In this document: piece after piece, positions 34,815 through 47,527 of the stretch
How the letters are laid out: every line of letters begins with the position of its first letter
Numbering within the stretch: the stretch's first letter is position 1
From: Minutocellus sp. GHC0000111
Taxonomy: Eukaryota
Length of the DNA: 64,000 nt
Direction: 5' to 3'
Assembly: GCA_977018835.1 (NCBI GenBank)
Contig: OZ361257.1
Location: forward strand, 4,278,001-4,342,000
The notes under the pieces: generated by a model
The model's database searches: none
The model's input: only the letters and a program-made list of their open reading frames with translations
What the model was told of the DNA's origin: nothing
Program-made: the position numbers and the translations under genes

Positions 34815-36486
34815 TTAGATATCCTCGCCATCGCAAGTCAAAAAGTGGTTCTTGACATTCTGCCGGTTCCTCCGTTGCCTCGTCATGTGTTTGTCGGCAG
34901 CCTTGGATGCTTCACTGGTCTTGCTCATTACCAATCGTTTCTCCAACTGAGACATGCCCGAGGAAGCATTCAGTATGCCCCCATCGGCGCCGAAAATGGC
35001 TTGCAATGTGACATTGGTCATCAACTGGATCTGGAATCCGGCCTGCAGACAATGCCTAATGAAATTGAGTTGAATGACCTCGCGCCAACTGTTCAATACC
35101 AACGTGCCTCCTCGAAAGGCCACCACTTGGTTCGGACTCTCGTCGTCAATGATGGTGGCCATGTATTCACGAAACTCGGCCCTCTGCTGCTTCTTTGCCT
35201 TTTTCCTCAAGCGATATCCACTCTCCACGGACAACTCGGCAATCCGTTGCTTGACCTCGTCCATTAGAATTTCCCACTCGCTTCCATCCCAGCTACCACT
35301 GCGATATCGCCGCTCGGTGGCGTTCCCACCTTCCTCGTCATCGATTCCCATGTTCAGCCTTGCCTCGTGGATGAGAGCGACGCACTCACCTGCAGCTGAC
35401 CTTAGCTCGACGTTGGCGTGATCCAAGCACTGCTGCAACAGTGGTAAGATGATCACACCACGGCCGTTGCTGCCGTCCAGACCCTCGATGTCATCACCGG
35501 CAATGTAGGCGTCGGCCACCGTCGTCGACAGCAGCGCCCAGCAATCCAGTGCGGCAGCCCGCAGATGCGGATCCACATCCTCTCCACGGAATTTGGGCGC
35601 ACAGACCGCCTCGCACAAGTCGAGACATGTGTTGGTCGCCATCATGTCCGTGCCACACACAAACAGCGCCATGCTCAACGCCCGGATGGCCGCCACCCGG
35701 ACCTGACTGGCCCGGCCGGTCGCCTTGATGGCCTTGGTGAGCAGATCGGTAATGGCCTCGACGTACTCTTCCATGTCCCCTCCCATAACCACGGCCGTGG
35801 CCTCCAATACCCGGCAGGCGGCATACTGCTCGGCCGGCGCGGCGACGCCAGAACGCAGACCGGCCACGCAGGCCGGGAGGATGACGTCGTCGACCTTGGA
35901 CAAAATGGTTTCCTGCCCCTCGGTACCGGTGGCGTACTGACTCACCCCCTTGAACAGCTGTCGCAGATACGATTCCCGTTTTGCGGATCGCTTCTCGGTG
36001 GGGACGGTCGATGCCAGGGAGAGTATGTCCAACAGCTTGCTGGAGCGGGCGGCGGCCGACAGAGCCGCGCGGCTGACGTGCTCGTCGCCCTCCTCTTCGA
36101 CGGGAGGTGAGCGGTCCACCACCGCCAACTTCATCAAATTCGGCAAAGTCTTCGTCCAAATCGTGGGCGGTCGTCACCGAGTCGGCGACGGTGTAGCTTT
36201 CGGAGAGCTATTGGGTATGATATGTATGCAAGCATATTGGAGATGGGGAAATTAGAATGCATATCTTGGCTTGACATGCTTGTCTTCGGCGGCTCAGGCG
36301 GCAAACAAATCAAACGAAGCACAAAGATACTATTGCGCCCAATGCAAAACCAAAAGCACCAAGAGGAGCACATGGAAAAACGAAACTCACCACGTCGACA
36401 TCTCCAACGTCAACACCGCCATCGTCAATGTCCCCGCCGCCTCCTCCTCCCTTCTTCCGTCGTGCGGATCGGGGCTTCTTGGGCAT
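34815..36486 (-). CDS. IFRD: Interferon-related developmental regulator (IFRD1/2-like) (intron 36208..36390; +1 frameshift at 36102..36104)
   Basis: EKRSAKRE, AAALDCWALL, LRSAAGECVALIHE, KKAKKQQRAEFR, SWREVIQLNFIR, HEAT-like helices and basic IFRD_C-like tail. Confidence 0.85.
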
Positions 36487-36850
36487 GATACGAATATTGT
36501 GCTGGTTTTTTATTTTGTGCGCAAGATGTGCCACTTTCGAAGGCAATAAATTGATACGAAGAAGAACAAATCGACACTGGATGAAAGTAGCAAGTTGCTA
36601 CAACGCGGTGGGCGTACAGTGCACTCAGTACCACCGCCGTTCTTTTGACTTGCTTGGCTGACTTTTGGCATCTTGGCACGGCATCTTGCTTTTTGGATTT
36701 TGGTTTCTGAAAATAATTTGACACGTCTTCTTCGGGACCACCTGGTCTTGCCGTCACCCGCAAATTAATCACCGGGTGTCCCCTCCCTAGGCCTTCCTCC
36801 CCGCTTCCACTTTCGTTTGTCGAACGCTCCGTGGTTTTTGTTTTGCAACG

Positions 36851-39153
36851 ATGGCGCTCCGAGCGGCGATTACCTCGGTACGTCGGGCTAGTTCTATTGG
36901 TCGGAATCAGCGGATGGTTGGAAGAGAAGCGGGCCGATGAGCCAGCGGCAGTATCTTATAAGCAGCGGCGGCTACCGACCGGAAAACGGCGAGGGGTTGG
37001 GATGGAACCATGATCGTCTGGCCGTCGCCCTTTCTTCAGCGAGGAGGAGACCGGGAGGCTACCGGAGGCGGTGGTGGGCGCTCTATGTTTGAGAAGAAAT
37101 GCTCGGGAGGGATGAGATACCAGTAGTTGGTCAGGGAGCAGCGGTAGATTTGATTTGGCGGGTTCATGCGAAAACCAGCACATGTTGTGCTGGCCCCCAG
37201 AAAACCCTTCCCGTCGATGGGAGAGATGTTGTTTTGCCATCGGAGGCCGGCGGAACAGCAGGATATGCTACGGGGTCCCATTCACCACGAACAAAGATAC
37301 TCGCCTCAGTAGGGTCAAATATTTCCATTTCATTTCGCCTGGGGTATTTTACACATCTTCTTCTCACCGCACAAAACTCCTCTCTCACTTCTTCATTCCA
37401 CCGCAACAGGCCCAACGGGTGGCCTCCCGCCGTACCTTCTCGGCAGCCGCCGATGCGGCACCGGCCGCCTCCACCTCCTTCCCGGACTACGTCCTCCGCG
37501 CCCCGTCCACGGACGTCACGGCTCTGGACTCCGGCCTCCGCGTCGCGTCCGAACCGTCGCGGGAGCTGAAACCGCCACCGTCGGCGTTTGGATCGATGCC
37601 GGATCCCGCTACGAGACCGCCGCCAACAACGGTGCCGCCCACTTCCTCGAGCACATGGCCTTCAAGGGCACCGACAAGCGTACCCAGCAGGCCCTCGAGG
37701 TTGAGATCGAGAACATGGGCGGTCATCTGCGAGTTTTGTTGCTGTTGTTGTTGTTGTATATAGATGCGTTTCATGGGGGGGGAAGGGGAAAGGATTGGTA
37801 GTGGCGGCATGCAGAACAGATGGAAAAAGGTGCATTAAGTAAAATGATGCGGAGTGCAAAGGATAGATCGAGCCAAGGGTAGGGAGCGGGAACAGCAGGG
37901 AAGCAGCCCAGTATCGTTGTGAGAAAGATTGGCATTGGATGGAAGAGACTGGATCTGGTCGAAAATGCGGCCGCAATGAAAAAAATGAAGGACCAACGCC
38001 GACCCTCATCATCCAGTTTTTCATCATACTCACCCTCCTCATCCCTCCACTCACTCTCTATCACAACAGCAACGCCTACACCTCCCGTGAGCAGACTGTC
38101 TACTTCGCCAAGGTCTTCAAGAAGGATGTTGGTCAGGCCGTCGAGATCCTCTCCGACATCCTCCTCAACTCCAAGCTCGAGGAGGCCGCCATCGAGCGGG
38201 AGCGCGACGTCATCCTTCGGGAAATGGCCGAGGTCAACAAGCAGCAGGAGGAGCTCGTTCTGGACCACCTCCACGCCACCGCCTTCCAGGGCACCGGCCT
38301 CGGGCGCACCATCCTCGGCCCCGAGGAGAACATCCGCAGCCTCTCCAAGGCCGACCTCAGCGACTACATCAACACCCACTACACCGCCCCCCGCATGGTC
38401 ATCGCTGGTGCCGGTGCCATCGACCACTCCGAGCTTTGCGACCTGGCCTCTACCCACTTTGGCAAGCTCCCCACCGCCCCCGCCGGTGCCGTTGATACCG
38501 CCTACGATCCCGCCATCTTCACCGGCAGTGACGTTCGCATCCGATTCGATTCCGACGACACCGCCCACGTCGCCCTGGCCTTCGAGGGTGCCAGCTGGAC
38601 CTCCGAGTACGCCTTCCCCCTCATGATCATGCAGACCATGCTCGGTTCCTACAACCGCGCCTCCGGCCTGGGTAAGAACGTTGCCTCCAAGATGTGCCAG
38701 GAGGTTGCCGAGCACGAGCTCGCCCACTCCATCACCACCTTCAACACCTGCTACAAGGACAGCGGCCTCTTCGGCATCTACGCCGTCGCTCCCGACAACA
38801 AGCTCGACGACCTCATGTGGTACGTCATGTCCAACCTCGTCCGTCTCGTCCACAGCCCCTCCGACGAGGAGATCGAGCGCGCCAAGGTCAACCTCAAGGC
38901 CACCATGCTCATGGGCCTTGATGGCAACTCCAACGTCGCCGAGGACATTGGCCGTCAGCTCCTCACCTACGGCCGACGAATGACCCCCGCCGAGATCTTC
39001 AGCCGCATCGATTCCGTAACAGCCGCCGACGTCAAGGCGACCGCCGCCAAGTTCATCAATGATCAGGACCATGCTCTTGCTGCCGTTGGTGGTATCCACG
39101 AGCTCCCCGACTACAACTGGATCAGGCGTCACTCGTACTGGCTCAGATATTAA
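36851..39153 (+). CDS. MPPB: Mitochondrial processing peptidase beta subunit, peptidase M16B (introns 36878..37409 and GC-AG 37729..38069; -1 frameshift at 37552..37553)
   Basis: Presequence [53 protein letters not shown] (HXXEH), [32 protein letters not shown]. Confidence 0.95.
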
Positions 39154-39324
39154 AGCTGGGTCGATGCAGGAGGAGGGTGAAGTAGGAAGCGTGGCTTCTT
39201 TGAGATCGCACTACTTCTCTCACGATATGCAGGGCTTTCTATAGTATATTCTAGAATAAGTGATAAAGCATTTGTTCTATATCTTTGATTTTTCTCTCAA
39301 GTTTCTTGTTGGTTATTTTGTGAA

Positions 39325-42300
39325 CTATCCAAATATGTTTCGTAATGATTTACGCACCCCACGCATCAGGCGCAACCCTGTCCTGCGAATGAGACTGTAA
39401 GTGGACGGTTCTTCCGAATGATCGAGGTGGATCAGAAGAGACATGCGCTTGCCTATGATTGGGCCGACTGCGTGAAGGACATCATATGAATGGGCATAGG
39501 CCTTGCCACGCTCCCGCTTTGTCATCACTGAGCCATCGTGGCTGAGATACCAAGGGTCGCCACCCACCACGTCGTTCTCCTCATCGCCAATAGGAACGAT
39601 GACCGTGCTCTGGAGATATCCAGACACTTCTTCGTCTGTGTGAAAATCTATGAAGTGGCCATGACTCCCGTTGTTGATAGTTCGACGAAGGCTTATCTCC
39701 CGAACTGGAGCTACCTCGCCCACCGCATCATAAAGGAAGTCGAGCAAAGAGTGCATCGTCTCAAGACCAATGATCGTTGTCAGATCCTCGGCAGGAATAT
39801 CGAGGATCTTATCATGGTAAAGTGTGTTGCGTGGAATGGGCGCATGCTTATCGAGATACTCGATGAGGTCATTACATTGCTCAATGGTTAGCATATCCTT
39901 CTTTTCAACAAAATTGAGGTCGAGATTGACCTCTCCAGGCTTTGAAAGAACGAGGCGGTCGATGTCCTCGGGTGAAAATAAGTTTCGATGGCCATCGTCA
40001 TTGTCAGTTTCACGAACTGCGCAGCTGTCTGTGAATTCAGTAGGGTATGTTTCCGGAATATCTAGTCTTCGACGCCTACTACCGTCTCCTTTGATTCTGA
40101 TGCTGTCAACAAATTCTTTGCAACAAAAGCGATCATCTGAACAACTTCGCACTTGTGCCCAAACTTGTAGCTCCACATCTATTCTTATTGTAGCTGGATC
40201 TGAGACAGCCATTCCATCGCTCACAGTGTATGTGAATACATCGGTGTAATTTGATACGCCTTCAGGAGTGTAGGTGTAACAAGCGGTTTTGGTTGTTGCG
40301 AGAGCGCGATTGCCTGGAGTTGATTCGCCGTCACGGAGGATTCCTGTAATAGGCATATTGTTGTTGTCATTCCCGCCAAAAACAGGAGGTGGTGCAGAGT
40401 CGCACGAAGTTTCTTGTACCAAACCAATTGATGCGCCAATTGAAAAGGTTAGAGTCTCCCCATCATCCTCATCAGACCCCTCCACTACAAAAGTCACGGA
40501 ATCACCGATGTAAACCTCGTCGAAAACATCCACAGCCAAAGGAATTGCATTCACATTTATAGTGACGGTTGCGACGTTTGACTCGTTTCCATTGTCATCG
40601 GTTGCCTTGAACGTGAAGGAATCTTGACCAAAGAAATCACGGCTGGGTGTGTAGGTCTTCATGCACCCACCCATGTCAAAATTATACATCCCATTTGCTG
40701 ATAAAATGCCATTCTCGGGACCTGAAACAACATCATAGGTCAAGCCACCACATGATGGATCGCCATTGTCACTCCCCCCAGTCGCGATCAATTCAATTTC
40801 GATTTGAGAGTTTTCGTTTGTGTTGTATGTTCCCTCCTCAGCAATTGGTGGTCCTACCACGCTTACTGTCACCGTTGCTTCATTGGAATTAGCGGTGCCG
40901 TCGCTCGCAACGTAAGTAAATGTATCGGTCCCTGTATATCCCTCGCTGGGTGTGTATCTGTAGCAGGCTGTGAAAGTTCCGCCGATACCAGTAGATTGCA
41001 GAGCTCTATTTCCTGGGACCATGCCTTCCCGCACGGTACCGGTAATGTCAACAGGAATTCCAGGTGATGTAGTGCCATTGTCGCCAGGAACACCTGTGAT
41101 CGGGCCAGAATCACACGCATTCGAATCTGTTACCACACCATTCAAAGGCTTTTTCTGGACTGAGAATTGAAGGGATTCCAGGTCAGTATCAGAGGCCGAC
41201 ACAGAAATGTCAACGGAAGTGTTTTGATCAGTCGTTGCAGAGACGTCCGAGGCGACGGGAATCGCATTCACGTTGATCGTAATAGTAGCCACGTTGGATT
41301 CAACCCCTCCTTCAAAAGCTCTGTATGTAAAAGAATCCTGGCCGGAAAAGCCAGGGTTCGGTGTGTATGTGTAGATGCAACTTTCGTCGGTCTCCGACAC
41401 TTCACCATTCTCGGTACTGCTGGCGTCGACAACATAAGTAAAGCTACCGCAATCTCCTTCAGGACTCGTCACCGGTTCATTACTTCCCGACCTTGCACCG
41501 AGTGTAATCTCAATTGATTCCTCTTCGTTGGTGATGTAAGTGGCGTCAAAAGCCTCTGGAGGTGCCGCGGTAACGGTGATGGTAATGGTCCCCTCGTCGC
41601 TTGCCAGCCCGTCGCTGACTGTAAACCCAATTTTGTAGGTGCCGGCGGTCTCTGTTAAGAAGGTGTATGTGTTGCCTCCAGCATTTCGTATAAATGGACC
41701 TTCCGGAGTCGACGTAATGGTATACGTCAAGTCACTCTCTTCTTGGATGTAATTAGTGACATCTGCATCGGTTGCCTGCAGGGTGAACTCAATCGTTTCT
41801 CCGGCACCTGTCTCATACTCAGCACTTAAAGCAACTGGAGCACGATTACCGACGACGACGGTGACGGTAGCGCTCTTTGTAAAGCCGGTGTTGGCATCGA
41901 CAATCTGGTACACAAAGACATCCTCTCCGCGATAACCTCTCCTCGGTGTGTACGTGTAGACACCCTGGGAGCTGTCAAGTGACGCAAAGTCAATATTGGA
42001 CGGCTTGTCGAGGATGGAATAGGTCAATGCCGAAAGATCGATCGCGTTTGATTTCGAATTGCGCCCAACCTCAACGGTGTATCCGTCATCTCCGCAGGTG
42101 CATGATTCTCTCCCGATGGGCGCGATGGGGTCTATCGGTGGTTCCACAATGGGATCGATCGGATCCACGGGAGTGCTACCGCTACCGCTGCTACCGCTAC
42201 TACTTTTGGACTTGGACTTGCGACTTTTGCTGCTCTTGGCGGTCGAGGTGGAGTTTGGGCTCACGGCGTTGCTCTTGCTGCCCAGACCTCGATCGCCGCG

Positions 42301-42471
42301 GATGCTGGCACTTCTAGGAATTGGCTGAGCGGATACATCGTCCCATGCATTTGCCGCGGCTGATGCTGAGCCGGATAAGTCTGCCGCTGATGCAACTTCA
42401 AGCGCATTGGCGCTGAGGCCTGCGAGGAACAAGACGCCGAGCATCAAAACGGCTGCCCGAGAGCAAAGCAT
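39325..42471 (-). CDS. Secreted protein: silaffin-like Lys/Ser cluster + six bacterial-type Ig/cadherin-like (Big_9/tandem-95) repeats + C-terminal 2OG-Fe(II) dioxygenase
   Basis: Intronless 1048 aa ORF. Signal peptide, RGL, KSSKSRKSKSK; repeats with YTP..(F/Y).G.D.FTY..SDG..SN.ATVTI.V; FHTD...LHAV...KRMS (HxD...H...RxS). Confidence 0.8.
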   Translation of the reverse strand: MLCSRAAVLMLGVLFLAGLSANALEVASAADLSGSASAAANAWDDVSAQPIPRSASIRGDRGLGSKSNAVSPNSTSTAKSSKSRKSKSKSSSGSSGSGSTPVDPIDPIVEPPIDPIAPIGRESCTCGDDGYTVEVGRNSKSNAIDLSALTYSILDKPSNIDFASLDSSQGVYTYTPRRGYRGEDVFVYQIVDANTGFTKSATVTVVVGNRAPVALSAEYETGAGETIEFTLQATDADVTNYIQEESDLTYTITSTPEGPFIRNAGGNTYTFLTETAGTYKIGFTVSDGLASDEGTITITVTAAPPEAFDATYITNEEESIEITLGARSGSNEPVTSPEGDCGSFTYVVDASSTENGEVSETDESCIYTYTPNPGFSGQDSFTYRAFEGGVESNVATITINVNAIPVASDVSATTDQNTSVDISVSASDTDLESLQFSVQKKPLNGVVTDSNACDSGPITGVPGDNGTTSPGIPVDITGTVREGMVPGNRALQSTGIGGTFTACYRYTPSEGYTGTDTFTYVASDGTANSNEATVTVSVVGPPIAEEGTYNTNENSQIEIELIATGGSDNGDPSCGGLTYDVVSGPENGILSANGMYNFDMGGCMKTYTPSRDFFGQDSFTFKATDDNGNESNVATVTINVNAIPLAVDVFDEVYIGDSVTFVVEGSDEDDGETLTFSIGASIGLVQETSCDSAPPPVFGGNDNNNMPITGILRDGESTPGNRALATTKTACYTYTPEGVSNYTDVFTYTVSDGMAVSDPATIRIDVELQVWAQVRSCSDDRFCCKEFVDSIRIKGDGSRRRRLDIPETYPTEFTDSCAVRETDNDDGHRNLFSPEDIDRLVLSKPGEVNLDLNFVEKKDMLTIEQCNDLIEYLDKHAPIPRNTLYHDKILDIPAEDLTTIIGLETMHSLLDFLYDAVGEVAPVREISLRRTINNGSHGHFIDFHTDEEVSGYLQSTVIVPIGDEENDVVGGDPWYLSHDGSVMTKRERGKAYAHSYDVLHAVGPIIGKRMSLLIHLDHSEEPSTYSLIRRTGLRLMRGVRKSLRNIFG

Positions 42472-43089
42472 CGTGTTGGATTGAATATCAGTTATCTTTC
42501 ACAAGTATGAAATGCCAATATCAATCGTATGTGTACAAACGCCACACAGAGTGCCGAAGGCTTGCTCCTTCGTGTGCCGATGACCAGTCTTTGACTCTCA
42601 AGGGCAGTTACTGCTGATGAAGTGGCGGTCGGAAAAGTCGCAAATCAACATCGACGGTCCGGCGCATCATTTATGCCCTCAGGCGAGCCTGCCTCGCCTC
42701 CTTCATTTTGGCTCGGCCGGCGCGCAAGCAGAATAGAGAAGCGAAGAGCCGCCGATTTTCTCATTTCTCGCCACTCGCCAGCGTATCTTCTTCACCACAG
42801 CCGCGGGGGACAGTAAATAGCGAGAAAGCAAGAGTCAGGCGTCACTTTGCGCGCGCAACAATCAGTGCGAAGCTAGTCTAGGTGAGTACAATACACGCTG
42901 GTTGCCCGCGTGATTTATACTTTGCTGCAGTAGTATGGTATCCAACAGCCATCAGCCGCGCTCAAGAACAAATTCTCATGACTGTCATGCCTATGCGCGT
43001 GTTATCTACCATGGTATCTCCTCGACCAGAACAGACGGACTGTACGGCGAAACGAACACTGTGAATACCGAGCAGAAAAGGAAGCAGAA

Positions 43090-45110
43090 ATGCCCAAGCA
43101 GAGCAAGCGTCGGTCCACGGCGGCCGGCAAGGGTTGTATGGGCTCAGGAGGTCATGAAAATGTCCGTGCCGGAGCAGGGACCGAACCAGGCGACGATGGT
43201 ATTTTAACGGCCGGGGCCCTGCGGATGTTGACGAACAAGGCAGTATCAGACAAACTAACGCCTACAAAGTATGCTGTTAAACCTTCCGGAAGAACGGCCC
43301 TCGCCTGCAATTAGTGGAACTTCTAGACATTGATGGCCCGAAGGATTGCCTCCTCTCGGATGGAGAGTGTCACGTCCAAGGGGGGTTTGTGCCAGACGTG
43401 CTGCCCACGGTCCGATCCAAGGCCTGCGTTCGTTATTCCATCATACGCGTCACACGGTGCGTTATGCTGCAGACCAGCAGCAAGCAGTTTTTTCTTCTTT
43501 TGGATAGATTTCATGTGGTCGACCGGAACTTTGGACGTCAGGTCGGGGCTTGTGATCTTCCGCTTCTCTCCTCGCCTCATATTCGCCCTGCCGATTCGCC
43601 GCACGGGGTCTGCGACAATATGCCAGAAGAGGACGAGGGCATCCTCACGCCCGGTGCAATTGAACATATCGTGAACAGAGCAAGCACAGTTGCAGAGACT
43701 TCTGCGGGCAACTTGAACCATGTTTTCGATAGGAGCACCCCGGGACTGCAGGTCGTTGGCATCGAGTCTTCTTCGGGACCACGTACCGCCCTAAGCCTTT
43801 CGGACGGAGTGCACATCATCGCGGGATCCCTGTACAATCCCACCTTGGAGGAAATGTTCCGCAGCAAAGCTGCTGTAGTCAACTCGACCATCGGCGTTCA
43901 GCAATGCGGCGCAAGTGTCACGCCTGGCGCCAGACCAGTCATACTTCTGGTTGAGATCAAGGTGATAGATCGGAATTTCGGCCGCATGATCGGCAACCCT
44001 GTGACCTTTCCTAGCCTCGAGTCGGTGAACCCAACTGCCAGCATTTTATCCAACGCCGACCGGGCCGTGTCCTATTCTGACAGATTTGAATTTGCCAGAC
44101 GTATCTTGATGCAAGGTGTGGATTCTGTCGGTTCATCTACCTTCAAGGCAGAGGCGGACCGGTATCTGAAGGTGCTCAAGCTCCCCCGTGCCCACACAGA
44201 AGGCTTTCGTTCAATCTTTATTATGGAATGGTGTGAGATTGTCGAAAGGGCACTTGATAAACAGGCATCGTATGCCCCAGAGCAGCTGGGTGAAGAAGCA
44301 ATAAATGACGGTGATCTCCAGAGTAGCACGGACCTATTTGCCCTCATTGCTTGCGATGATACAGAACAGCGAATTGTCAGAGCGCTTGCAAACCTCGCTC
44401 GTGCAATCCCAACAAAGTGCGAGAACACATTGAAGGCCAGTCACATCAACTACTTGCGACGATTCCTTGCCGACGCAAATGATGGTATCACCGATGAGTT
44501 GCCGGCAATATTTCATGTAGGGGCTGACCTAAACGCCAGTGGCTATTTCTTGTACACCCCTACAAAAGCGTTTGAGCGGTGCATCAAAATGGCTAGGGAC
44601 CTCCTCATTTTTAGAGAAGGGCCACCTCGAGGTGAGCTCGTTTCGCCGCTTGATCGAGATGGTCATCCGTTGAACAAGGATCATGCAACTGCCCCGTACT
44701 ATTCCTCGTTCGGAGGTGGATGTTGCGACTGCTGTGGCACACCTGCCGAGGTTGGACTTCCTCATCTGTTCAAGTGTGGCCGTTGCCGACTCGCTTGGTA
44801 TTGCTCATCTTCCTGCCAAGCCAAAAGTTGGGCTGAAGGTCATCACGAAAATTGCAAAATGATCGCACGTTTTGCTGAAGGCGATACGGTAGTCTTACAC
44901 GGATTGAGACAGAGGAACGACTTGAATGGCAGCCGTGTGCAGGTGGAAAAGCCTCTTCCGAATGGGCGATTTCGAGTATTTTTGGAATGAGGATGTGAAT
45001 CCACAATCACAATGTCCGGCGGCAAAATGACTATGTATACAAAAAAGCTTCCAAACAAAACTTTATCTGTCCACAAGAAGAATCTTCGCCACCAGCGGCC
45101 ACTGAAGTAG
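43090..45110 (+). CDS. Two RPA70N-like OB folds + MYND zinc finger + SH3-like tail (frameshift ~43300; in-frame TGA 44988..44990)
   Basis: Two GILT.GA(L/I)...LQ(L/V)V...LSDG...V(V/I)DRNFGR..G units; CDCC...FKCGRCRLAWYCSSSCQAKSWAEGHHENC; VVLHGL...LNG...GRFRV continues past the TGA to LSVHKKNLRHQRPLK-TAG. Confidence 0.72.
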
Positions 45111-45276
45111 AAAAAAGGGGGTCTAAGTAGCTACGCAGGGCCACTAAGTCAGGCCCAAAGAGAGTGATCGGCAATGCTTTCGGCGGTGCTAGCTAGATTG
45201 AAATAAACTAGATATGAGATGATAGTATGCAAAGCTATCATTATGCAGAGTATACTGCGCCGGCTTCGTTCCATTT

Positions 45277-47496
45277 TCATCCCTGACGCCCAGTATCCCT
45301 CCTGGGAGGCGTTGGCGTCCGGCTCATCAGTACTGTCTCAGCCTCACTGACACTGCCATACCGGCTCATCAAAATGGTCGCTGTACTGGTGCCACTGATT
45401 GCCGGACTACGTCCCGAGGCACCATCCGCTGGTACCGGAGTATTATTGGCGGCGCTGCCCAAAAGGACAGTACTGATGCTGCTAATGGCCGGACTGCGGG
45501 ACGACGGGCCAACGCCACGTCGCATGGGAGTATTGCCTCCACCATTTCCAACTTTGGGTAGTGGGCTGAAACGGGTACTCCGACGATTGGCTGCATTGGA
45601 CAAAGCTGGACGTTTACCACCGCCGCAACCATCACCGTTCCGAAGGGCACTAGCCAAGGCCGGTCGTTTGCCCGTCGACCTTGCGGCATTTCCGGCCGGA
45701 GGCATCGGCGTCAGCGCAGGAGGATTTTTCCCCTTGCGAGTTCTGGGGATGCAATCTCTACGCCTCACGCCCATGATCTTGGAAACGTCGGCGTTGGCCC
45801 TGGCTCTGGCACTTTGCTTCTTCTTCGAGCCCTTGCGTCGGCGGGAACGCTGGGAGGCACCTTCCGTGATGGTGGATTGCTGGGTACTGCAACCGGTGCT
45901 CTGGCTGGGTTGAGTTGATTCCATCGAGCCGTTGAGATCTGTCTGGGCATTGTTGTTGGTCCGAACCTGAACAGTGCTCATGGGTGGAGGTGGGGTGACC
46001 ATCGATCCATTCGATGCGTCATCCACCCCCTCCTCCAACTCTCCCAAATTGGCATCTTGAGATGGATGTGCATTCATCATGGGTTGCACGTGCCGATACG
46101 ACGAGTACCCCATCGCCCCCTGCGATGGGAGCGTCGTGGTCACGCTGAACATGTCGTCGTCACCGTACTGACGTTGACTCTGACTCGGAGAGGTTGCCGA
46201 CTCTTCTTCCTCCATATCAAATTCATCACCATCATCGTCATCACCGCCAAACAGTAGCCGAACGACGGGCGAGTCCGGGTCATAGATGGACCGTTCCACT
46301 GACACGAACAGCTGCCGATCTCCAAGATCAATGCAGCCCAGGTGGTAGCGGTCCACGCCGTCATTGTCGTCATCGTCACCGTCGTCGTCGTCATCATCGC
46401 TGCTTTCGTCGTCATCCTCGGAATACTGCGACATCGAGTGAGTATGCTGGACCTCATCTGCTTTAGACAGCTGACTCTGCACCATTTGGCTTTGGGCGCC
46501 GCGGCCGGTCGGATCGTTGGCACCATCGGCCGTCCGTTCCGTGCGCTCCCTCCAATGACCAGTCTGACTCGAACTCTGACTCTGACTCTGGCTCTGCTGG
46601 GCCATCATCATGGTCGCTCCTTCCATCAGGTGCGACGCGTCTGTTCCCATACCGGCGCGATTCTGGGAGCAGCAGTCGGCGGTCCTCCCCGTGCCGGCAC
46701 AGATAGCACCGTCCGTCATCGGAGTGCTGCTGCCCGGTCCATCATCCTCGTCCTCCTCGTCGTTGGAGGAGTTGATGCTACCGGCAGTGGTACCAGCGCG
46801 GCCCCCATCGATGTCGTGGGTCGATGCCCACCGGCGTCGGAGCATGGTCCGGGCGTCATGGTCGTCGAGGGGGTTGCACCTGCTGCGTTTGGTGAACGGC
46901 CCGCATGCATTCTCGTCCCCACCAACCTCCATCTCCACCTCGTCGTCATCGTCATCGTCATCGTCGTCCCCCTCCACCACCATCATCTCCTCCTCTTGCT
47001 CCATGACAACCGTGAACGCCCTGCCGACGGCCTCGTAGTCCACATCCTCGGCGGGATCGACGACCGATTTGGAATCCTCGCCGTGGCAATAGTCTTGGAG
47101 GGAGCGGAGGGTCGAGCGCAGCTGGGCAAAGTAGTTGGCCGATGATGATGACGATGAAGCTGAAGCCGAAGCGGATGATGATGACGACGGCGGTGTTGGT
47201 CGGAGGGAGAAGCGGAAGCGCTCCAGTACGACCCCGTCCGCCGGACGGTGCTCCTCGTTCTCCTCAATACTAGTATCACCATCGTCCTGGCTATCATCCC
47301 CATCACCATCCTCGCCATTGTCCTTCCCGTTGTCCCTCTCGTCACCATCCTCGTCGTCGTTGGCATTGTCATCCCCCGTCCCCCGAATCCACGTGGCCAC
47401 GACGAGCGTCGCCGCCGTTGCCGCCGCGCCGACTTCTTTGCCATTGCCTCCACTGGCACCGCCGCCGCCATTTCCATCTGCGCCCCCTGTACTATC

Positions 47497-47527
<31 letters not shown>

